From an uncultured Pseudomonadota bacterium (GTDB lineage: Bacteria > Pseudomonadota > Gammaproteobacteria > Burkholderiales > SG8-39): a DNA stretch of 64,000 nt. Where the stretch lies: contig CAIKRR010000005.1 in assembly GCA_903829815.1 (NCBI GenBank), positions 506 to 64,505 of the forward strand. The letters run 5' to 3'. Each line of letters opens with the position of its first letter. The first letter of the stretch is position 1. Under the pieces are notes generated by a model. It did no database searches and had not been told where the DNA came from. It saw nothing but the letters and a program-made list of their open reading frames with translations. Shown here piece by piece: positions 28,618-40,114 of this stretch. Made by a program: the position numbers and the translations under genes.

Positions 28618-30795
28618 CTACTTGATCCGCATGCCAGGCGTCGCGCCGCTGTCCGGGGCCAGCAGGAAGATGCCCGCCGGACCGCCTGAGCCGGGCTCGG
28701 CCGAGGCGGCCAGCACCATGCCCTCCGACAGACCGAACTTCATTTTGCGCGGGGCGAGATTGGCCACCATCACGGTCAGCCGCCCTTCGAGTCGTGCCGG
28801 GTCGTAGGCGCTCTTGATGCCGGCAAACACGTTGCGCGGGGCCTCGGCGCCGATGTCCAGGGTCAGGCGCAGCAGCTTGTCGGCGCCTTCGACCGCCTCG
28901 GCCCGCACGATGCGGGCGACGCGCAGCTCGACCTTGGTGAAGTCGTCGATCGAGATCGTGGCGGCCTCGCTTGCCGCTGCGATGGCAGGGGCCGTGGCAG
29001 ATGCTGCGGCCGCGGTCGGGGTCTTGTCGTTCATGGCGGGCTTCTTCTTCTGGGTGTGGGCCGCCGGTTCGGCCGGGGCTGCCGCCGGCAGGTCGAAGAG
29101 GGCATCGATGTGCTTGGCCTCGACCCGGGTCATCAGGTGGCTGTATTCGCCGATGGCCTGGGGGCGACGTGCGGCGTCGGCCCAGGTCAGTTCACTCACT
29201 TGCAGGAAGCCTTCGGCGGCCGACGCGAGCGCGGGTAACACGGGCTTGAGCAGCAGGGTGATCAGGTGGAAGGCAGCCACGCATTCGCTGCACACCGCAT
29301 GCAGGCGATCCAGCGCTGCCTGACGCGCCACCGGGTCGGCCGCCAGCGCCGGATCGCGCTCGATCGAGCGGGCGATCTCCCAGGGCTTGTGCTGATCGAC
29401 ATACTGGTTGACCCGATCGGCATGGGCCATCACGGTGCGGATCGCGCGGCCGAATTCGCGGGACTCGAAGTCGGCTTCGACCTGGGCGGCCAGGGCCACC
29501 GGGTCGACCGCCAGACCCAGACCCGCCGCCGCGATCGCCTCGGGCGTGGCGAGCCGCCCGCCGAACAACCGGGTCAGGAAGGGCGCAGCCCGACTGGCGA
29601 TGTTGACGTACTTGCCTACCAGGTCGGCATTGACCCGGGCGACAAAGTCATCGGGGTTGAAGTCGACATCCTCGACGTTGGCGTTGAGCTTGGCGGCGAT
29701 GTAGTAGCGCAGCCACTCCGGATTCATGCCGACATCGAGGTAGCGCAGCGGCGAGATGCCGGTGCCGCGTGACTTCGACATCTTCTCGCCCGACACCGTG
29801 ATGAAGCCGTGCACGTTGATGGCATCGGGCACCCGGTAGCCCGAGAATTCAAGCATGGCAGGCCAGAACAGGGTGTGGAAGTAGATGATGTCCTTGCCGA
29901 TGAAGTGGACCATCTCGGTGCCCACTGCCTTGGCGCGGGCCGGATCGGTGAAGTCCTCGAAGGCCAGACCGGTGCGCCGGCAGTACTGCAGCAGGCTGGC
30001 AAAGTAGCCCACCGGTGCATCGAGCCAGACGTAGAAGTATTTGCCCGGCGCATCGGGAATCTCGATGCCGAAGTACGGGGCATCGCGCGAGATGTCCCAG
30101 TCGCCCAGGCCCTGCTCGCCATCGAGCCACTCGCGCGCCTTGTTGGCTACCTGGGGCTGCAGGCGACCGCTGTCGATCCACTGGCGCAGAAAGGCGAGGC
30201 AGCGCGGATCGGACAGGCGGAAGAAGAAGTGATCGGAGGTGCGCAGCACCGGCGTGGCACCGGTGAGCGTCGAGTAGGGGTTTTTCAGGTCGGTGGGCGC
30301 ATACACGCTGCTGCACTGTTCGCAGGCGTCGCCGTACTGGTCAGCCGCGCCGCAACTGGGGCAGGTGCCCTTGATGTAGCGATCGGCCAGGAACATGCCC
30401 TTGGCCGGGTCGAAGAACTGTTCCACCGGCTTGGAGTCGATCAGGCCGGCTGCTTTCAGGCGACGGTACACCCCTTGAGAGAGTTCGGTGTTCTCGGGCG
30501 AGTGGGTCGAGTGCCAGTTGTCGAACGCGATGTGAAAGCCCCGCAGGTAGCGCGGCCGTTCGGCGGCGATGCGGGCGACCAGGGCTTCGGGGGTGATGCC
30601 CTCGGCCTCGGCCTTCAGCATGATCGGTGCGCCGTGGGCATCGTCGGCGCCGATGAAATGCACCTCGTGTCCGGCCATGCGCATGGACCGTACCCAGATA
30701 TCGGCCTGGATGTACTCCATGATGTGGCCGATATGGAAGGAGCCGTTGGCGTAGGGCAGGGCCGTGGTAACGAAGATTCGACGGTGCGGTTTCAT
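28618..30795 (-). CDS. metG: Methionine--tRNA ligase
   Basis: [12 protein letters not shown], Zn knuckle CPSC/CEQC, KMSKS, C-terminal tRNA-binding domain. Confidence 0.98.
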   Translation of the reverse strand: MKPHRRIFVTTALPYANGSFHIGHIMEYIQADIWVRSMRMAGHEVHFIGADDAHGAPIMLKAEAEGITPEALVARIAAERPRYLRGFHIAFDNWHSTHSPENTELSQGVYRRLKAAGLIDSKPVEQFFDPAKGMFLADRYIKGTCPSCGAADQYGDACEQCSSVYAPTDLKNPYSTLTGATPVLRTSDHFFFRLSDPRCLAFLRQWIDSGRLQPQVANKAREWLDGEQGLGDWDISRDAPYFGIEIPDAPGKYFYVWLDAPVGYFASLLQYCRRTGLAFEDFTDPARAKAVGTEMVHFIGKDIIYFHTLFWPAMLEFSGYRVPDAINVHGFITVSGEKMSKSRGTGISPLRYLDVGMNPEWLRYYIAAKLNANVEDVDFNPDDFVARVNADLVGKYVNIASRAAPFLTRLFGGRLATPEAIAAAGLGLAVDPVALAAQVEADFESREFGRAIRTVMAHADRVNQYVDQHKPWEIARSIERDPALAADPVARQAALDRLHAVCSECVAAFHLITLLLKPVLPALASAAEGFLQVSELTWADAARRPQAIGEYSHLMTRVEAKHIDALFDLPAAAPAEPAAHTQKKKPAMNDKTPTAAAASATAPAIAAASEAATISIDDFTKVELRVARIVRAEAVEGADKLLRLTLDIGAEAPRNVFAGIKSAYDPARLEGRLTVMVANLAPRKMKFGLSEGMVLAASAEPGSGGPAGIFLLAPDSGATPGMRIK

Positions 30796-30904
30796 GGGGC
30801 CTATTGTAGCCTGCCCCTTGCGGGGTTCCGTTGCGACCAGCGGACCGGCCGCTCGCGGATGCTATAGTCCGAGACCCCATTTCCCGTGGCAGAGGATTTT
30901 GCGC

Positions 30905-31993
30905 ATGGCGTTCAGCGAACAGGCGGTGCGCGCGGCACTGGCACAGGTGATAGACCCTGATACCCGTTGCGATCTGGTGTCGGGCATGGCGATACGTGCC
31001 GTGCGCGTCGAGGGTGCGGCGGTTGCCGTCGATGTCGAACTCGGCTATCCGGCGCGCAGCCAGTTCGAGCCGATGCGCGCCCGTGTCGTGGCAGCGCTCG
31101 AGGCAATCGGCGTGCAGGGCGCGCAGGTCAGCGTGGCCTCGCGGATCGCCAGCCATGCGGTGCAGCGTGGGGTGAAACTGATTCCGGGTGTGCGCAATAT
31201 CATCGCCGTTGCTTCGGGCAAGGGCGGTGTGGGCAAGTCGACCACCGCGGTCAACCTCGCCCTTGCGCTCGCCGCCGAGGGTGCCCGTGTGGGGATTCTC
31301 GATGCCGACATCTATGGCCCGTCGATCCCGACCATGCTTGGCATCAGCGGTCGCCCCGAGTCACTGGTGCAGAACACGATGGAGCCGCTGGTCGGGCACG
31401 ACATCCAGGCCAACTCGATCGGATTCATCATCCCCTCGTCCGATTCGCCGATGGTGTGGCGCGGCCCGATGGTGACCCAGGCCCTCGAACAACTGCTCAC
31501 CCAGACCCGCTGGCGCGACCTCGATTACCTGGTGGTCGACCTGCCGCCGGGCACCGGTGACATCCAGCTCACGCTCTCGCAGCGGGTGCCGGTGACCGGA
31601 GCGGTGATCGTCACCACCCCACAGGACATCGCACTCCTGGATGCCCGCAAGGGGCTGCGCATGTTCCAGAAGGTGAACATTCCGATTCTCGGTCTGGTCG
31701 AGAACATGAGCATGCACATCTGTTCGAACTGCGGCCATGCCGAGCCGATTTTCGGGTCGGGAGGCGGCCAGAAGATGGCGACCGACTACGAGGTCGAACT
31801 GCTGGGTCAGTTGCCGCTCGACATCCGTATCCGCGAGCAGGCCGATGCAGGCAAGCCCAGCGTGGTGGCCGAGCCCGATGGTGCGATTGCCGCTGCGTAT
31901 CTCGCGATTGCACGCCGGGTTGCCGTCAAGATTGCCGATCTCGATCGCGACATGACGTCGCGCTTTCCCAACATCGTGGTGCAGAACACATGA
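30905..31993 (+). CDS. apbC: Fe-S cluster carrier ApbC/Mrp
   Basis: [36 protein letters not shown]; divergent from metG. Confidence 0.95.
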   Translation: MAFSEQAVRAALAQVIDPDTRCDLVSGMAIRAVRVEGAAVAVDVELGYPARSQFEPMRARVVAALEAIGVQGAQVSVASRIASHAVQRGVKLIPGVRNIIAVASGKGGVGKSTTAVNLALALAAEGARVGILDADIYGPSIPTMLGISGRPESLVQNTMEPLVGHDIQANSIGFIIPSSDSPMVWRGPMVTQALEQLLTQTRWRDLDYLVVDLPPGTGDIQLTLSQRVPVTGAVIVTTPQDIALLDARKGLRMFQKVNIPILGLVENMSMHICSNCGHAEPIFGSGGGQKMATDYEVELLGQLPLDIRIREQADAGKPSVVAEPDGAIAAAYLAIARRVAVKIADLDRDMTSRFPNIVVQNT

Positions 31994-32556
31994 GCGTCAA
32001 GTCCGACCGCTGGATCCGCCAGATGGCTCTGGAGCGCGGCATGATCGAGCCGTTCGAACCGGGGCAGGTGCGTGAGGTCGCCGGCGAACGCATCATCTCG
32101 TACGGCACCTCGAGCTATGGCTACGATGTGCGCTGCTCGAGCGAATTCAAGATCTTCACCAACATCAATTCCAGCATCGTCGATCCGAAACACTTCGATG
32201 CCCGTTCCTTCGTCGACGTCCAGGGCGAGGTCTGCATCATTCCGCCCAACTCGTTCGCGCTCGCACGCACGGTCGAGTACTTCCGCATCCCGCGCGATGT
32301 GCTCACGATCTGTCTGGGCAAGTCGACCTACGCCCGCTGCGGCATCATCGTCAACGTGACGCCGCTTGAACCCGAGTGGGAGGGGCATGTGACGCTCGAG
32401 TTCTCCAACACGACGCCGTTGCCGGCGCGCATCTACGCCAACGAGGGTGTCGCGCAGTTCGTCTTTCTGGGCGCTGATGAAGTCTGCGAAACGTCCTACG
32501 CCGATCGTGGCGGCAAGTACCAGGGCCAGCGCGGGGTTACCTTGCCGCGCACCTGA
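31990..32556 (+). CDS. dcd: dCTP deaminase
   Basis: [42 protein letters not shown]. Confidence 0.97.
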   Translation: MSVKSDRWIRQMALERGMIEPFEPGQVREVAGERIISYGTSSYGYDVRCSSEFKIFTNINSSIVDPKHFDARSFVDVQGEVCIIPPNSFALARTVEYFRIPRDVLTICLGKSTYARCGIIVNVTPLEPEWEGHVTLEFSNTTPLPARIYANEGVAQFVFLGADEVCETSYADRGGKYQGQRGVTLPRT

Positions 32557-32602
32557 GGGATCGAGTGCCGAACCGGGCGTGCCCGGCACCGTTCACAGGC
32601 AC

Positions 32603-32701
32603 TCTGTCACAGTGGGTCGTCGATGACTTGATGGCTCTTTTGCGCTATTGCCCATTCGCGATGCTTTCGCCAGCGCGCTTGCCCGGGGTTCTGTCACAGT
32701 G
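32603..32701. repeat. 12-bp direct repeat TCTGTCACAGTG upstream of the Ser/Thr kinase gene
   Basis: Exact copies at 32603-32614 and 32690-32701; each contains the near-palindrome CTGT-C-ACAG. Confidence 0.6.
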
Positions 32702-32730
32702 CCAGCCTGCCTGATGAGCGAGCTTCGCCT

Positions 32731-34434
32731 GTGGCGTCTGACCTGATCCTTGATAACCAAGCCGACGATCATCCATCGCTGCCCGAACGGGCGGTGGGCG
32801 TTCGTCCGGCCGACAACCCGAGTGGCACCGAGGCTCGCCCCCCCGCGATGCGATCGACGGTGCGTCCCCTGGGGCGCTGTCGAAGCACGCTGGTTCGAAT
32901 CGCCCTGCGCGACACCCAGGACCTGGGGGGGCTGCTCTCGGCGCGCGAGCGCACCGAGGCGCTCGATCAATGGCAATCGCGTCTGACGGCACTGATCGTG
33001 GCTGGCCGCGGCACCGTGCTGCGTCACGCCGAGCGTTACTGTCTGGCACGTTTTTCCGGCAACGACCTGGAGCAGGGCAACCACGCGGTTCGTGCGATCC
33101 GCACCGCACTCCTGGCGATGTGTCTGCCCGACGAACTGGCTGCAGTGCTTGCGCTGCGTTTCGATCATCGTGCCGGTGGACCGATGCTGTGTGCGGCGGC
33201 GGTTCAGTCCTGTCAGGGTGACGCGCCCGATGGTGAACCCACCAGCGCGGCGCTGGCTGCGGTGGCCTATGACCTGGCCCAGGTGGAACGACAGATCGAC
33301 GAGGCGAATTGGTTGATTGCCATCGACCCGGACAGCCTGCGCGTGACCGGCGAGCGGTTTGTCACGGGTCGGGCGATGTCGTTTTCCCGGGCACACGATG
33401 CCGGGGTGCGCACGCTCATCGAGGTGACCGGCTTCGAGGTATCGCCGGCATCTACGGCGGCCGAAGTCGATCAGGCCAGCCGCGTTCAGGCGGCACTGGG
33501 CTCGGGCGCGCAACGCGCTCGCGTTCGCAAGCAGGCTCGGCAGGCCCGTGCCGAGGCTGTGCTGCCGGGGGCCCTGCACGGTACCCCAGGTGATCTGCCG
33601 ATACCGGACATCGAGGGTTACGGACCACTCACGCCGCTGGGCAAGGGGGGCATGTCGCGGGTCTTTGTCGGGCGCCATCAGGCAAGCGGTGAGTTGCGCG
33701 TGCTCAAGACCGTTCCACTGGCCGGCGACGATGACCTCCTGCAGCGATTTCTCCAGGAGTACGCGCTGATCGCCCAGGTGCGTCACCCCAACGTGGCACT
33801 CATCTACGAGCAGGGCTTTGCCGAGGACTGCGCCTACATCGCCATGGAGCACCTGGCCGGTGGCAGTCTCCATGACCGGATCGGTCGCGGCTTGAGCGTG
33901 GAGGAGGTTCTGGGTCTGATGATCCAGATCACCCTGGGCCTTACCACGATCCATGATCGCGGCATCATCCATCGCGATCTGAAGCCGGAGAACCTGATGT
34001 TTCGTGCCGACGGCCTGCTCGTGCTGGCCGACTTCGGCATTGCACGCCAGAGTTCGACGCATCTCACCGCCACACAGCAGGGCCTGGTCTATGGCACCCC
34101 CTACTACATGAGCCCCGAGCAGGCGACCGGTCGTGCGGTCGATGCGCGTAGCGACCTTTACAGCCTGGGTGTCATCTTCCATGAACTGGTGACCGGCAAT
34201 CGCCCCTTCGATGCCAGCCGCGCCGAGGCGGTGGCCTATCAGCAGGTGCACGCCCGGCCACCGTCATTGCCGGCACGGGCGGGGTGGCTCCAGTCCATGC
34301 ATGACCGTCTGCTTGCCAAGGACCCGGCAGCGCGCTACGGCTCGGCGGCCGAAGTGCTCGCCGACCTGCGCATCTGGCTGGCCGCCTCACGAACGGCCAC
34401 CACGCTTCCGCTGCTGTCGGTCGGCGCAGGCTGA
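32731..34434 (+). CDS. Soluble Hanks-type Ser/Thr protein kinase with an N-terminal degenerate class III nucleotide-cyclase-like domain
   Basis: Kinase motifs LGKGGMSRV, VLK, RFLQE, HRDLKPEN, DFG, GTPYYMSPE, SDLYSLG; N-terminal segment patterned like a cyclase homology domain; start uncertain. Confidence 0.85.
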   Translation: MASDLILDNQADDHPSLPERAVGVRPADNPSGTEARPPAMRSTVRPLGRCRSTLVRIALRDTQDLGGLLSARERTEALDQWQSRLTALIVAGRGTVLRHAERYCLARFSGNDLEQGNHAVRAIRTALLAMCLPDELAAVLALRFDHRAGGPMLCAAAVQSCQGDAPDGEPTSAALAAVAYDLAQVERQIDEANWLIAIDPDSLRVTGERFVTGRAMSFSRAHDAGVRTLIEVTGFEVSPASTAAEVDQASRVQAALGSGAQRARVRKQARQARAEAVLPGALHGTPGDLPIPDIEGYGPLTPLGKGGMSRVFVGRHQASGELRVLKTVPLAGDDDLLQRFLQEYALIAQVRHPNVALIYEQGFAEDCAYIAMEHLAGGSLHDRIGRGLSVEEVLGLMIQITLGLTTIHDRGIIHRDLKPENLMFRADGLLVLADFGIARQSSTHLTATQQGLVYGTPYYMSPEQATGRAVDARSDLYSLGVIFHELVTGNRPFDASRAEAVAYQQVHARPPSLPARAGWLQSMHDRLLAKDPAARYGSAAEVLADLRIWLAASRTATTLPLLSVGAG

Positions 34435-34473
34435 TCGGCACTCACCGTCGTTCACGGTGACCCGGACCCCGCC

Positions 34474-35337
34474 ATGGAGCGCATCTACACGGTTGAAGTG
34501 ATCGGATTCAACGCCACCGAGCGGATCCTGCTCGGCAGCGTCTTTGGTCTGTCACTGAAACGCAGCCCGAGTTACCGGCGAGCCGAGTCTGGCGAGACGG
34601 CGCATCTGCGTCTGGTCGATGGCGCACAGACTCAGGCCATCGCTCAGGCTCATGAGCGGCAGCGCGAGCAAGCGCTGCCGGTGGTCGTGGTGGGTGCCGC
34701 CGAATTGCCGCCCGGCTGGTTCGAGACGCCTCGCCCCTTGCACTGGGCCCGTCTGTTTCGTGCCTTGGACCTGTCGCTTGGCTTGCTGACCCATGGCTCT
34801 GCCCGGTCGCAGCCGGGTGCCCGAGCGGCACCGCCTCGCGGCGAGCGGTCGTGGTCTGGTGATGCGATGGACTCGATGCAGCGGGCCATTACCACCACGT
34901 TTGCACTGGGCCTGCCACCCGACCCTGCGGCTCCGGCTCTCCCCAACCCGGCAGTCGGCTGGCCGCTGCTGCTGGTAAGCCCGATCGCGTGTCAACTCGC
35001 GCAGCTTCCGCTGGGCGCCTTGCACGCCTGTGGTCGGGTCGTCGAGGTCGTGGACTCAACAGCCCAGGCCATGGCCCGTTTGACTAAGAAACGTTACGCC
35101 CTCATCCTCGTGGATCTTGCCTTGCCGGCAAGGGGCGCGCAGGGCCTGTGTCGGGCAGTTGCCGCACATCCGGGCGCTGATGTACTGCCGCGGATTCTCT
35201 ACCGGGTGCAGGCCTCGGCGATCGATCGTCTGCGTGCTGCAGTGATCGACTGCGAGGCCTTTGTGGCGACCGGGGCAGGGGGAGAAGAACTGGCGGCTGC
35301 GGTGCTGCGTATCGCGAGCCGACTGCACGCTATTTGA
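34474..35337 (+). CDS. Atypical response-regulator-like protein (C-terminal degenerate receiver domain)
   Basis: N-terminal VIGFNATERILLGSVFGLS...PRPLHW domain; C-terminal LLLVSP...YALILVDLALP...LCRAV...IDRLRA...CEAFV receiver-like pattern. Confidence 0.65.
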   Translation: MERIYTVEVIGFNATERILLGSVFGLSLKRSPSYRRAESGETAHLRLVDGAQTQAIAQAHERQREQALPVVVVGAAELPPGWFETPRPLHWARLFRALDLSLGLLTHGSARSQPGARAAPPRGERSWSGDAMDSMQRAITTTFALGLPPDPAAPALPNPAVGWPLLLVSPIACQLAQLPLGALHACGRVVEVVDSTAQAMARLTKKRYALILVDLALPARGAQGLCRAVAAHPGADVLPRILYRVQASAIDRLRAAVIDCEAFVATGAGGEELAAAVLRIASRLHAI

Positions 35338-35356
35338 GCGGGAGCATCGCGGCTTG

Positions 35357-37885
35357 GTGGATCTGGGCGCATTGGACATTCTGCTGAAGGTGCTGCCAGC
35401 AAGCCTGGCGCTGGTCGGTCTGGGTCTGTTGACCGGTCTTGCGATCGGCTGGCGATGGCAGCGCAGGATGGCCGCCCAGCCCGCACGGTCGGTGCACGTG
35501 CCGCTATCGGCGGGCACGGCCGACCCTGTCGTGCCGCCCTTGGACCGGCTGGGCATGGGTGTCTGGGATTTCAATTTCGACAGCGGTCGTGTCTACTTCT
35601 CGCCGCGGTTTCGTCAGATTGTGCAGGCCACCGACCCGGTGCGCCTCACGCCCCACTCGGTGTTTGAAGAAGGACTGCACCCGGCCGATCAGGCGCGCAT
35701 GCGCGAGGCGCAGCACCTCCACCTGGAGGAGGGGCTGCCTTTCGACCACGAGTACCGGCTCGCACGCGCCGATGGCAGCCACGTCTGGGTTCATGGGCGT
35801 GCTGTCACCGAGCGAGATTCCCGTGGCCGGCCTGTGCGCTTCTTCGGAACCATCGTCGACATCTCGGCCCGCAAGGCCGAGGAGAGAGCCATCGGATCGC
35901 GCGAGCGCCACTATCGCGAACTGGTCGAGACCTCCAATCACCTGATCTGGACGGTCGGGGTCAACGGGCACATCACGTTTGTCAACCGGCGCGGTGCGCT
36001 TGCCGTACTCGGGCTCTCGCCCGAGGCGATGATCGGCCACCATTTTCTCGAGTTCTCGGCCGAGCGTGATCCCAATCGTTCGGCCGTGATGTTCGAGGAG
36101 ATGCTTCACAGCAGCGGGGTATGGGAGCAGCAGTCGCGCTGGCGCACGGGCGATGGCAGGCGGGTGATCCTTGCGCTGACTGCAACGGTCACCCGTGATG
36201 CGCGTGGTCGTGCCAGTGGCGCGCTGGGCAGTGCCACCGATGTGAGCGATCGGGTCATGCGCGAAAAGCTGCTGCACAAGACCAGCCGACGTTCGCTCGA
36301 GGCGGCACGCGCGAAGGCCGAATTTCTGGCCACCATCAGTCACGAGATCCGAACGCCGCTCAACGGCGTCATGGCGGCCACCTCGCTTCTGCTGGACACC
36401 GCTTTGTCGGGCGAACAGCAGGAGTACGCCCGCATCATCCGTTCATCGGGCGATAACCTCCTCGCCCTCATCAGCGACATACTCGATTTCTCCAAGGTGG
36501 ATGCGGCCAGACTGGAGCTTGAATCGACCCCGTTTCGCCTCGAGCGTGCATTCGAGGACGTCATCGACATGCTGGGTGATCGCGCGCGCGACAAAGGCCT
36601 CGAACTGCTCTACTGGCTCGACCCCGAACTGCCGTCCAGGGCGGTCGGTGACCTGCTGCGCGTCAGGCAGGTGCTGCTCAATCTGTTGGGCAATGCCATC
36701 AAGTTTACCGAGCACGGGCAGGTGCAGGCCCGGGTGAGGGCGCTGGAGCGCACGGGCGGCCGCATCGTCCTGGAGTGTGTGGTGATCGACTCCGGCATCG
36801 GTATTGCGCCTGAGCGCATCGACTGGCTGTTCGAGCCTTTTACTCAGGCCGACTCCTCGACCACGCGTCGCTACGGTGGCACTGGTCTGGGTCTTGCCAT
36901 CTGCCGCAGGCTCGCCCGGATGATGGGGGGCGATGTCACCGCCGAGTCGATGCCGGGTGTGGGTTCACGCTTCACCTTTCGCTTCACACTCACCGAGATG
37001 GGTTCTGACGCCGATACCGGCGAGGTCGTAGAAGGCCGGACGCCTGCAGCGTCGCTTCAGGACCGGCGCATGCTCCTCATCGAGTCGCGCCCGGTGGTAG
37101 GCGACATCCTTGCCGACTGGGCGCGTGCAAGTGGTATGGCGGTGAAACGCGCCGATTCGATGGACACGATCGATGCGGCTGCCCCGGGTGACGAGCCCGA
37201 GATCGTGGTGATTGGCGGGGCCGACTCGGACGAGGCGTTGTCTGTCGGGGTAAGGCGCCTGCGCGATCGCTACTTGGCCGCCTCGGTCAAAGTGCTGCTG
37301 CTCTCGGCACTGTCCCAGACGCGGATCGAGGCGATCCGTGCAGGTGTGGATCAGGTGCTGCTCACGCCGCTCAAGTCACGTCGTTTCATCGCGGCGATCG
37401 AGCGACTCGTGCTGCCGGCAGCCGACCCGGTGGTGTCGATGCTCGATACGGCGCCGGCGGCACACCGGCTGAGGGCGAGGCGCTACGCGCTCATTGCCGA
37501 GGACCACGAAGTCAATCAGTTGCTTGCGCGGCGCATGCTCGAGCGTCTGGGTTGTGAGGTCACGGTGGTGGGCGATGGCGAGTCGGCGCTCGATGCGGTC
37601 TGTGCTCGTCGTCCCGACCTCGTCTTCATGGACATGCAGATGCCGCGCATGGATGGGCTCGAAGCCACGCGCCGCATCCGCAGCCTCGACGGTTGCGGGC
37701 TCCAGGAGTTGCCTATCATCGCGCTCACAGCCAATGCATCGGCAGCCGATCACGCTGCCTGCCTCGAGGCAGGCATGAACGATGTGCTGGCCAAGCCGCT
37801 CGATCTTTCAGCCATCGGCGCGGCCCTCGATCGGTGCGAACCGCCCGGTGATGATCAGGTGGTGCTGCTGGAGGCGCGCTCGTAG
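35357..37885 (+). CDS. Hybrid sensor histidine kinase (TM-PAS-PAS-HisKA-HATPase-pseudoREC-REC)
   Basis: [38 protein letters not shown]; terminal receiver [17 protein letters not shown]; two PAS/PAC repeats; start approximate. Confidence 0.92.
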   Translation: MDLGALDILLKVLPASLALVGLGLLTGLAIGWRWQRRMAAQPARSVHVPLSAGTADPVVPPLDRLGMGVWDFNFDSGRVYFSPRFRQIVQATDPVRLTPHSVFEEGLHPADQARMREAQHLHLEEGLPFDHEYRLARADGSHVWVHGRAVTERDSRGRPVRFFGTIVDISARKAEERAIGSRERHYRELVETSNHLIWTVGVNGHITFVNRRGALAVLGLSPEAMIGHHFLEFSAERDPNRSAVMFEEMLHSSGVWEQQSRWRTGDGRRVILALTATVTRDARGRASGALGSATDVSDRVMREKLLHKTSRRSLEAARAKAEFLATISHEIRTPLNGVMAATSLLLDTALSGEQQEYARIIRSSGDNLLALISDILDFSKVDAARLELESTPFRLERAFEDVIDMLGDRARDKGLELLYWLDPELPSRAVGDLLRVRQVLLNLLGNAIKFTEHGQVQARVRALERTGGRIVLECVVIDSGIGIAPERIDWLFEPFTQADSSTTRRYGGTGLGLAICRRLARMMGGDVTAESMPGVGSRFTFRFTLTEMGSDADTGEVVEGRTPAASLQDRRMLLIESRPVVGDILADWARASGMAVKRADSMDTIDAAAPGDEPEIVVIGGADSDEALSVGVRRLRDRYLAASVKVLLLSALSQTRIEAIRAGVDQVLLTPLKSRRFIAAIERLVLPAADPVVSMLDTAPAAHRLRARRYALIAEDHEVNQLLARRMLERLGCEVTVVGDGESALDAVCARRPDLVFMDMQMPRMDGLEATRRIRSLDGCGLQELPIIALTANASAADHAACLEAGMNDVLAKPLDLSAIGAALDRCEPPGDDQVVLLEARS

Positions 37886-38403
37886 TCGACGAAGGCAAAG
37901 CCGAGGCTCGGGTCGCCGGTGCTGCGATGGGTGCTGCGCGATACTTCACGCCACTGGCTTCGGTCGAAGGCCGGAAACCAGGTATCGCCTTCCAGGTCCG
38001 TATCGATTTCGGTGAGGTGCAGCCGGTCGGCCAGTGGCAGCGCGAGCGTGTAGATCTGTGCGCCGCCAATCACCCACGCGACCGGCGCGTCGCCGGCCAG
38101 TGCCAGCGCTTCGACCAGAGAGCCCGCATGTCGGCACCCGGCTGCAACCGGCGGGTGTCGCGAGATCACGATGTTGTCGCGACCTGGCAGGGGGCGGCCG
38201 ATCGATGCCTGGGTGCGCCGTCCCATGATGACCGGTGCCCCGGTGGTCAGGGCCTTGAAGTGGCGCAGGTCTTCGGGCAGATGCCAGGGCATCGTGTTGT
38301 CGCGTCCGATCACCCGATTGCGTGCGAGTGCCGCGATGATGGCCACGCGCGGCCGCTTCTCCAAGGTACGGGCTTCATCCGTGATGCTGCCGGTCGTGTT
38401 CAC
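37855..38403 (-). CDS. folA: Dihydrofolate reductase
   Basis: [46 protein letters not shown]; coupled to thyA. Confidence 0.95.
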   Translation of the reverse strand: MNTTGSITDEARTLEKRPRVAIIAALARNRVIGRDNTMPWHLPEDLRHFKALTTGAPVIMGRRTQASIGRPLPGRDNIVISRHPPVAAGCRHAGSLVEALALAGDAPVAWVIGGAQIYTLALPLADRLHLTEIDTDLEGDTWFPAFDRSQWREVSRSTHRSTGDPSLGFAFVDYERASSSTT

Positions 38404-39194
38404 ACCGCCACCGGGGCCTTGATGTGTGGATGGGGCTCGTATCCGTCGAGCCGGAAGTGTTCATGGGTGAAGTCCTCGAGCGCGCGCACCGTGGGGTCGA
38501 GCAGCAGTTGTGGCAAGGCACGCGGCTCGCGGGCAAGTTGCACGCGGGCCTGGTCGATGTGGTTGAGGTACAGGTGGGCATCGCCCAGCGTATGCACGAA
38601 TTCGCCAGGCGCGAGCCCGCAGACCTGGGCGATCATGCAGGTGAGCAAGGCGTAGGAGGCGATGTTGAAGGGCACGCCCAGAAAGATATCGGCACTGCGC
38701 TGATAGAGCTGGCACGACAGTCGCCCATCGGCGACGTAGAACTGGAACAGCGCGTGACAGGGCGGCAGCTTCATGTTCGGGATGTCGGCCGGGTTCCACG
38801 CCGAAACCATCAGGCGGCGCGAATCGGGGTTGTGCCGGATAGCGGCAACCACCTGGGCAATCTGGTCGATGCTGCCGCCCCCCGGTGTGGGCCAACTGCG
38901 CCACTGGTGGCCATAAACGGGTCCGAGATTGCCCTCGGCGTCTGCCCACTCGTTCCAGATACTCACGCCGTGCTCCTGCAGCCAGCGCACATTGGTGTCG
39001 CCACGCAGGAACCAGAGCAGTTCGTAGATGATCGACTTCAGATGCAGCTTCTTCGTGGTCAGCAGAGGAAAACCCTGGGCGAGGTCGAACCGCATCTGCC
39101 AGCCAAATACCGAGAGTGTGCCGGTGCCGGTGCGATCGGTCTTGCGGTTGCCCTGGTCGAGCACATGCTGCATCAGGTCGAGGTAGGGTTTCAT
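38400..39194 (-). CDS. thyA: Thymidylate synthase
   Basis: [39 protein letters not shown]. Confidence 0.98.
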   Translation of the reverse strand: MKPYLDLMQHVLDQGNRKTDRTGTGTLSVFGWQMRFDLAQGFPLLTTKKLHLKSIIYELLWFLRGDTNVRWLQEHGVSIWNEWADAEGNLGPVYGHQWRSWPTPGGGSIDQIAQVVAAIRHNPDSRRLMVSAWNPADIPNMKLPPCHALFQFYVADGRLSCQLYQRSADIFLGVPFNIASYALLTCMIAQVCGLAPGEFVHTLGDAHLYLNHIDQARVQLAREPRALPQLLLDPTVRALEDFTHEHFRLDGYEPHPHIKAPVAV

Positions 39195-40099
39195 GCCGGT
39201 TCGGCCCCCTGGGCGATCGGTCGGTGTGTGGCTGAACACCATTCGCTCCACGAGCCGGCGTAGAGCCGGCTGCCGGGCAGGCCGGCCACTTCGAGGGCGA
39301 GCAGATTGTGGCAGGCGCTTACCCCCGAGCCGCACATCTGGACGGTGTCACCGGCGCCGCGGCCAGAGAGCGTTGCCTGCCAGAGACTGCGCAGTTCCTC
39401 GGCCGACCGAAAGCAGCCGTTGGCAGCGAGGTTGGTCGAGAAGGGGTGATTGCGTGCGCCGGGCACATGACCGGCCAGCGGATCGATGGTTTCGTTCTCG
39501 CCGCGGTAGCGGTCGTTGGCACGCGCATCGATCAGGATGAAGTCGGCACCCGCACCCCTCATCGCGCTTGCCTCGAACGCCCTCCCTGACGCCGTCCCGG
39601 CGCTGGCAGGCAGATGGGCTTCAATGGCTGCGGTGTCGACCACCCAGTCGCGCAATCGCCACTCGAGAAGGCCGCTGTCAGGCGCGTTCGTCTCTCCCGT
39701 GAGCGCAAAGCCGCGCGCCTGCCAATGCGGCAGGCCGCCATCGAGCACCGCCACCGCGTCGTGGCCGAGCCATCGCAGCAGCCACCACAAGCGGGCCGCC
39801 ATCATGCCTCCTTGCGCGTCATAGACAATCACCTGACTCGTGCTGTCGATACCGATCGCGCCCAGGCGGTGCGCGAGAACCTCGGGTTGGGGCAGGGGGT
39901 GACGACCGTTGTGTCCGGTGCGCGGACCCGACAGGTCATCGTCCATGTGCAGGAAGACCGCCCCGGGAATGTGACCCTCGGCGAAGGCCGTGCGCCCTGC
40001 CTGGGGCCGCATCAGTTCGTGTCGGCAGTCAACGATTGCCCAGCCCGGGGTGCCCAGGCGGGTGGCCAGCACATCGGCACTGATGAGAGTGGTGTACAG
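39191..40099 (-). CDS. Two-domain rhodanese / 3-mercaptopyruvate sulfurtransferase (SseA-like)
   Basis: [29 protein letters not shown] active site, LYAGSWSEW; family-like N-terminus (L)YTTLISAD begins at CTG 40099. Confidence 0.9.
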   Translation of the reverse strand: MYTTLISADVLATRLGTPGWAIVDCRHELMRPQAGRTAFAEGHIPGAVFLHMDDDLSGPRTGHNGRHPLPQPEVLAHRLGAIGIDSTSQVIVYDAQGGMMAARLWWLLRWLGHDAVAVLDGGLPHWQARGFALTGETNAPDSGLLEWRLRDWVVDTAAIEAHLPASAGTASGRAFEASAMRGAGADFILIDARANDRYRGENETIDPLAGHVPGARNHPFSTNLAANGCFRSAEELRSLWQATLSGRGAGDTVQMCGSGVSACHNLLALEVAGLPGSRLYAGSWSEWCSATHRPIAQGAEPA

Positions 40100-40114
40100 G
40101 GCAGGTCTCCGCGG

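Noticed and set aside
32591-32614. Pho box or full Crp site upstream of the kinase gene
   Set aside because: TCAC spacing is 14 bp rather than 11, and there is no TGTGA half-site at the Crp spacing.
37855-37885. 31-bp convergent overlap of the histidine kinase gene and folA
   Set aside because: Short tail-to-tail overlaps are common in GC-rich genomes; no further evidence of antisense function.
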